From: a virus | Taxonomy: Duplodnaviria; Caudoviricetes | DNA length: 58,643 nt | IMG/VR virus record: IMGVR_UViG_3300036798_000432 | Span: 1 to 58,643 of that record | Strand: one strand, 5' to 3' | Shown here: positions 54,905 through 58,643 of the stretch, in pieces | Layout: each line of letters starts with the position of its first letter | Numbering within the stretch: position 1 is the stretch's first letter | Notes under the pieces: model-generated | Told to the model about the DNA's origin: nothing | Seen by the model: the letters and a program-made list of their open reading frames with translations, nothing else | Database searches by the model: none | Made by a program: the position numbers and the translations under genes

Positions 54905-56647
54905 ATGGCCGATTTAGCGGTTGCCTCGACAGTTGTCGGCACGATCGAAGAGCGCAAGGACCTCGGCACCGAGCCGAATGCGATCTGGCGCTTCTGGAAC
55001 TCGCAGCTGAAGCTCGCCGAGCGAACTGATGAGGACTGGATCAAGCGGGGGCGCCAGGCAGTCGACCGGTACCGCGACGAGCGCGACCAGAACGAGGCGC
55101 GGGCCAGCAAATACAACGTCTTGTGGTCAAATGTGGAGACCCTCAAGCCGGTGCTCTACGGGCGGACGCCAGAACCGGACGTCGCCCGCCGGCACAAGGA
55201 TCAGCATGACGCAGTGGCCTCGCTGGGCGCCCAGATCCTCGAAACCGCGCTGGATTACGAGAACGATATCGAAGAATTCGACGCGGTGATGCAGCAAGTC
55301 GTCGAAGATCGGTTATTGCCCGGCCGTGGTGTCGCCAGAGTGTTCTACGAGCCGGAATTTGGCGAGGAAGAGGAAGACCAAGACGCCGAGCCCGATGAAG
55401 AGGGTAATCAGCCGACATTTCAGTCGGTGACCAATGAGAGAGCGCCGGTGCGCTATGTATTCTGGGAAGATTACCGAGAAACACCGGCCAGAACGGAAGG
55501 CGAGATCTGGTGGAAGGCCTACCGGGTATTTATGACCCGCGACGAGCTCGTCGAGCGGTTTGGCAGTGAAATCGGCAAAAAGGTGACCCTCGATTACACC
55601 CCGTCGGGGGTGCATGCGGTGGCCAGCGAGGCGCAATGGGGCCCGCTGGCGGACATGTTCAAAAAGGCGACCGTCTGGGAGATTTGGGACCGCAAACGCA
55701 AGGAAGCGGTGTGGATCGCCAAGGCCTGGTCGGACGCGCCGCTCGACAGCCAGGACGACCCTTTGGAATTGCCGGATTTTTTCCCGTCGCCGCCGGCTTT
55801 GCGGGCGACCACGACCAATGAGCAGCGGGTCTCGGTCAACGATTATGTTGAATATCAAGACCAGGCGATGGAGCTCGACACATTGACCGCGCGGATCGAC
55901 CGCCTGACCCGGGCGCTCAAGGTCTCGGGTGTCTATGCGGGCTCGGAGAAGATGACCCTGCAGCAGCTGGTCGACGATTCGAGCGAGAACAAATTGATCC
56001 CGGTCGAGGATTGGACCGGGTTTGCCGGCGACAAGGGCGGGCTCAACGGGTTGATCCAGTGGCTGCCGGTCGAGCAGATCGCTCGCGTCCTGATCCAGCT
56101 CTATGACGCCCGCGAGCGCACCCTGCGGATCATCTACCAGACGACCGGCATCGCCGACATTCTGCGCGGCGAAACCAATCCGATCGAGACGCTGGGCGCG
56201 CAGCAGCTGAAGACCCAGTTTGCGACCCGGCGCATCACCCGGGCGCAAAAGGACGTCGCCCGCTTCGCCCGCGATCTGCTGCGGCTCAAAGGGGCGGTGA
56301 TGGCGCGGCATTTTATGCCCGAGACGCTCTCGCGGATGTCCGGGCTTCCCGAACCGCTCCCGGCACTGCCGCCACCCCCGCCGATGATGATCCCGGCGCC
56401 GTCTCCTGCGGCGGCCGGTTCGGCGCTAGGCGGCCCGGCGCTACCCTCGTCGGCTCCCGTCCCGGGAGCGGTACCAGCAAGGCCCCCGGGCATGGCCCCG
56501 GGCCTTCCGCCGGGTGCTGGTGGTGCACCTGGCATCCGGCCACCCCTGGCACCGGCGGCGCCGGTGCCAGGGGCACGGCTCGCGCCCGATGGCCGCCATT
56601 ATGTGCCGGACCCGCGGCGCCCCGGCAAATACCTGATGGTGGCTTAA
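54905..56647 (+). CDS. Portal protein, N-terminal fragment (split portal, part 1)
   Basis: YNVLWSNVETLKP.LY...P.PDV.RR, DRLLPGRGVARV, VWEIWD, DPLEL..FFP.P, IYQ.TGIADILRG, ETLGAQQLK. Then Pro-rich tail and stop, lacking the IDIEADST region. Confidence 0.9.
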   Translation: MADLAVASTVVGTIEERKDLGTEPNAIWRFWNSQLKLAERTDEDWIKRGRQAVDRYRDERDQNEARASKYNVLWSNVETLKPVLYGRTPEPDVARRHKDQHDAVASLGAQILETALDYENDIEEFDAVMQQVVEDRLLPGRGVARVFYEPEFGEEEEDQDAEPDEEGNQPTFQSVTNERAPVRYVFWEDYRETPARTEGEIWWKAYRVFMTRDELVERFGSEIGKKVTLDYTPSGVHAVASEAQWGPLADMFKKATVWEIWDRKRKEAVWIAKAWSDAPLDSQDDPLELPDFFPSPPALRATTTNEQRVSVNDYVEYQDQAMELDTLTARIDRLTRALKVSGVYAGSEKMTLQQLVDDSSENKLIPVEDWTGFAGDKGGLNGLIQWLPVEQIARVLIQLYDARERTLRIIYQTTGIADILRGETNPIETLGAQQLKTQFATRRITRAQKDVARFARDLLRLKGAVMARHFMPETLSRMSGLPEPLPALPPPPPMMIPAPSPAAAGSALGGPALPSSAPVPGAVPARPPGMAPGLPPGAGGAPGIRPPLAPAAPVPGARLAPDGRHYVPDPRRPGKYLMVA

Positions 56648-56660
56648 GCCGGGAGGGCCG

Positions 56661-58643
56661 ATGTCGGAGACTCGGGTTGACCCGGACACCGGTGCCACCC
56701 TGGTGCCGGTCGATCACGACCCGTACACCGAGGCGTCGCCGCCGGGTTATTTTGACAAGATCGGTCAGGATCTCGCCGATTTCTGGCAGCAGCCGCTGGC
56801 CCACGTCAAACAGCGATTGTCCGATATCGGACAGTCGTTTAGCGATGTCGCGACCGGTGGATTGCAGCGCCAGGCCGAGCTCACCGGTGCGGACTATTCA
56901 GGCCAGCCGCTGATCGGGGTCGATCCCTCGAGCGGCGAGCTCACCGGGCGATTGCCGGCATTGGCCGAGCTGGCGCGCAGTGGCATGGCTGGGCCGGTGC
57001 CGGGTGGCGCCTTGGGTGCGGGGCCGGCGATCCTCGGACGAGCGGGCCGTGCTGCGGCCGAGGCGGGCAATCTCGACACGCCGATCAGCGACACATTGCA
57101 GGCCGGCAAGTTCGCTGATCAGCTGCGGGCCGAGCACCTGGCGCGCGACAGCGGGTTGCCGTTGAGCGGTGCCGATCAGCCGGTCAGCCCGCCGCCGCAC
57201 ATCCAGACGCCGGCCGACATGGATGGGCTGGTCAACCGTTACGCCGATCTTGCCGAAAGCGGGGCTAATGCCAAGGATTGGTACGCTCAAAGCGGACGGG
57301 CAATCCTCAACGCGGCCGGTGACCCCGAGGCCGCCGACCGTCTGGCCGCGACGTTGGCGGTATCCTCGCCACGCACTAGTGTCGCCGAGAACGCATCGCG
57401 GGCCGTCACGCTATGGAACCAGGCGATGACCAACGAGCCGGTGCTCGCGGTCGGCGGCCGCGGCGGCATGCAGATCGGTGAGCGCGCGGCACCGCTGCTC
57501 TACGAGGGCGCGCCGATGACCGGCGAGAAGACCGGACCCTTTAAGACCGCGCTGGGCTTGACCTGGGATCCCGACCCGGCCGGGCATCCCTTTGTCAACG
57601 ACATCTGGAACATGCGCGCCGCCGAATATCCGCCCGAGCTCGGCAGTGACAAAACGGCGCCCTACTACACCGGCTCGCCGACCCTTGGGCAGCACAACTT
57701 CACGAGAATTCTGGCGGACCGGGCGGCCGATGTGCTGAATTCGCGCACCGGCGAGAATTGGAGCCCGGAACAGATCCAGGCCTCGGTGTGGGCGGGCAAG
57801 AAATCGGCGGTCGAGGGCACGCCGGTCGGGGATGCGGCGTTCAATTTCGCCGACGCGCTGAAGTCCCGCTTTGGGCAGCAGAGCTGGGAGTCGGCGCCGG
57901 GCGAGACCTCCAACAACCTGCCCGAGTTTCATCAGGCCGCGGCGCCGGACCAGCAGGCCTATCACGACGCGATCCGCGGTGCGCTGGAGGACGATCAGGG
58001 GCGCGACATCATCTCGCGCCACCTGGGGCTGCTGACCGGGCCCAGCTTTGAAGGGCCGGGGGTCTTTCAAGGAGTGGTGCGGCCGGGGAGCCAGGCGCAA
58101 AGCCTGGCCGGCGCGGCGATACAGGGCGGCTATCTCGGCGGGGTCGATCAATCGACCCGCGACCTCTTCGACACCGCGGAAGCCACTCGAGGGCTGCTAT
58201 TGCGCCAGGATGCTTCGGCCTGGCACGTGCCGACCTATCGGGCTGGGCTCAAGCCGGGCGACAGCAACATGGTCGACGTCAATATCGGCCGGCCGCTCAG
58301 TGCCGAGGAGGCGCGTTCGGTGGTCGATGCGATGCAGACGGCGACCGGCAAGGACTTCTTCAGCCCGATCGCGACGCAGAACGGGTTCCGCCTGCAGAAC
58401 GTGCCCGACCAATCGGGCGTCAAGAACATAGACTTCCAAAAGTCGGTTGAAAAAGCCCTCGGAAATGCCGATTTTCAAGGGGTCGACAAGGCCGAATTGA
58501 CACCCGCCTTTGCCGATGGGAATTACATCTCGAACGATTGGGGCCAGCAGTCCAATGGTCAAGGTTATCTGGAAGCCATCGCCGGGACCGGAAGACCCGA
58601 TCTTCAACGAAGGTCCGCGGAGCTACTCGCCACATTGGGGCCG
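56661..58643 (+). CDS. Large cargo protein (continues to 344) with an HhH-glycosylase-like/DUF7178-like domain
   Basis: GGAGG SD. No stop through the window end in my translation. WY...LAVSSPRTSV.EN...GEKT.PF...VNDIW...EQIQASVW. Starts ...LVPVDHDPY. Confidence 0.75.
   Translation, partial: MSETRVDPDTGATLVPVDHDPYTEASPPGYFDKIGQDLADFWQQPLAHVKQRLSDIGQSFSDVATGGLQRQAELTGADYSGQPLIGVDPSSGELTGRLPALAELARSGMAGPVPGGALGAGPAILGRAGRAAAEAGNLDTPISDTLQAGKFADQLRAEHLARDSGLPLSGADQPVSPPPHIQTPADMDGLVNRYADLAESGANAKDWYAQSGRAILNAAGDPEAADRLAATLAVSSPRTSVAENASRAVTLWNQAMTNEPVLAVGGRGGMQIGERAAPLLYEGAPMTGEKTGPFKTALGLTWDPDPAGHPFVNDIWNMRAAEYPPELGSDKTAPYYTGSPTLGQHNFTRILADRAADVLNSRTGENWSPEQIQASVWAGKKSAVEGTPVGDAAFNFADALKSRFGQQSWESAPGETSNNLPEFHQAAAPDQQAYHDAIRGALEDDQGRDIISRHLGLLTGPSFEGPGVFQGVVRPGSQAQSLAGAAIQGGYLGGVDQSTRDLFDTAEATRGLLLRQDASAWHVPTYRAGLKPGDSNMVDVNIGRPLSAEEARSVVDAMQTATGKDFFSPIATQNGFRLQNVPDQSGVKNIDFQKSVEKALGNADFQGVDKAELTPAFADGNYISNDWGQQSNGQGYLEAIAGTGRPDLQRRSAELLATLGP
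58492..58643. repeat. Terminal direct repeat, right copy
   Basis: Matches 1-152. Confidence 0.95.

Noticed and set aside
56340-56647. Split intein or group I/II intron explaining the portal break
   Set aside because: I saw no Cys/Ser-start or His-Asn-end intein blocks and no recognisable intron core or maturase. Similarity between the two Pro/Gly tracts is low-complexity.
1-58643. tRNA, tmRNA or rRNA genes
   Set aside because: I recognised no cloverleaf with T-loop and acceptor stem in intergenic regions by eye. tRNAscan-SE or ARAGORN would be needed to exclude them.

Overview
The window is an apparently complete, circularly permuted ~58.5 kb GC-rich tailed-phage genome. Bases 1-152 repeat at 58492-58643, and one ORF runs across that junction. 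The virion module is podovirus-like: TerL, portal, scaffold, major capsid, adaptor, nozzle, GNAT, ejection proteins and two tail fibres with S74 chaperones. Replication uses a Toprim primase plus a D5/P4-type SF3 helicase, followed by an ori-like inverted repeat. Homologues of CtrA (DNA-binding domain only), SciP and GcrA point to an alphaproteobacterial host. The most unusual items are: (1) a portal gene split in two around a ~3.1 kb cassette, whose large cargo gene carries an LVPVDHDP motif (a 19-bp identical DNA repeat) at both ends; (2) a TerL with a degenerate second ATPase domain from a different terminase lineage fused to its N-terminus; (3) a phage-borne CtrA-DBD/SciP/GcrA cell-cycle set; (4) long-range RNA pairing that encloses a whole Pro-rich ORF; (5) a repeated CUGGAA-hairpin plus CACGGAG leader, and two operator families. 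I recognised no integrase, CI repressor, DNA polymerase or endolysin. All family calls come from motif recognition by eye; no searches were run.
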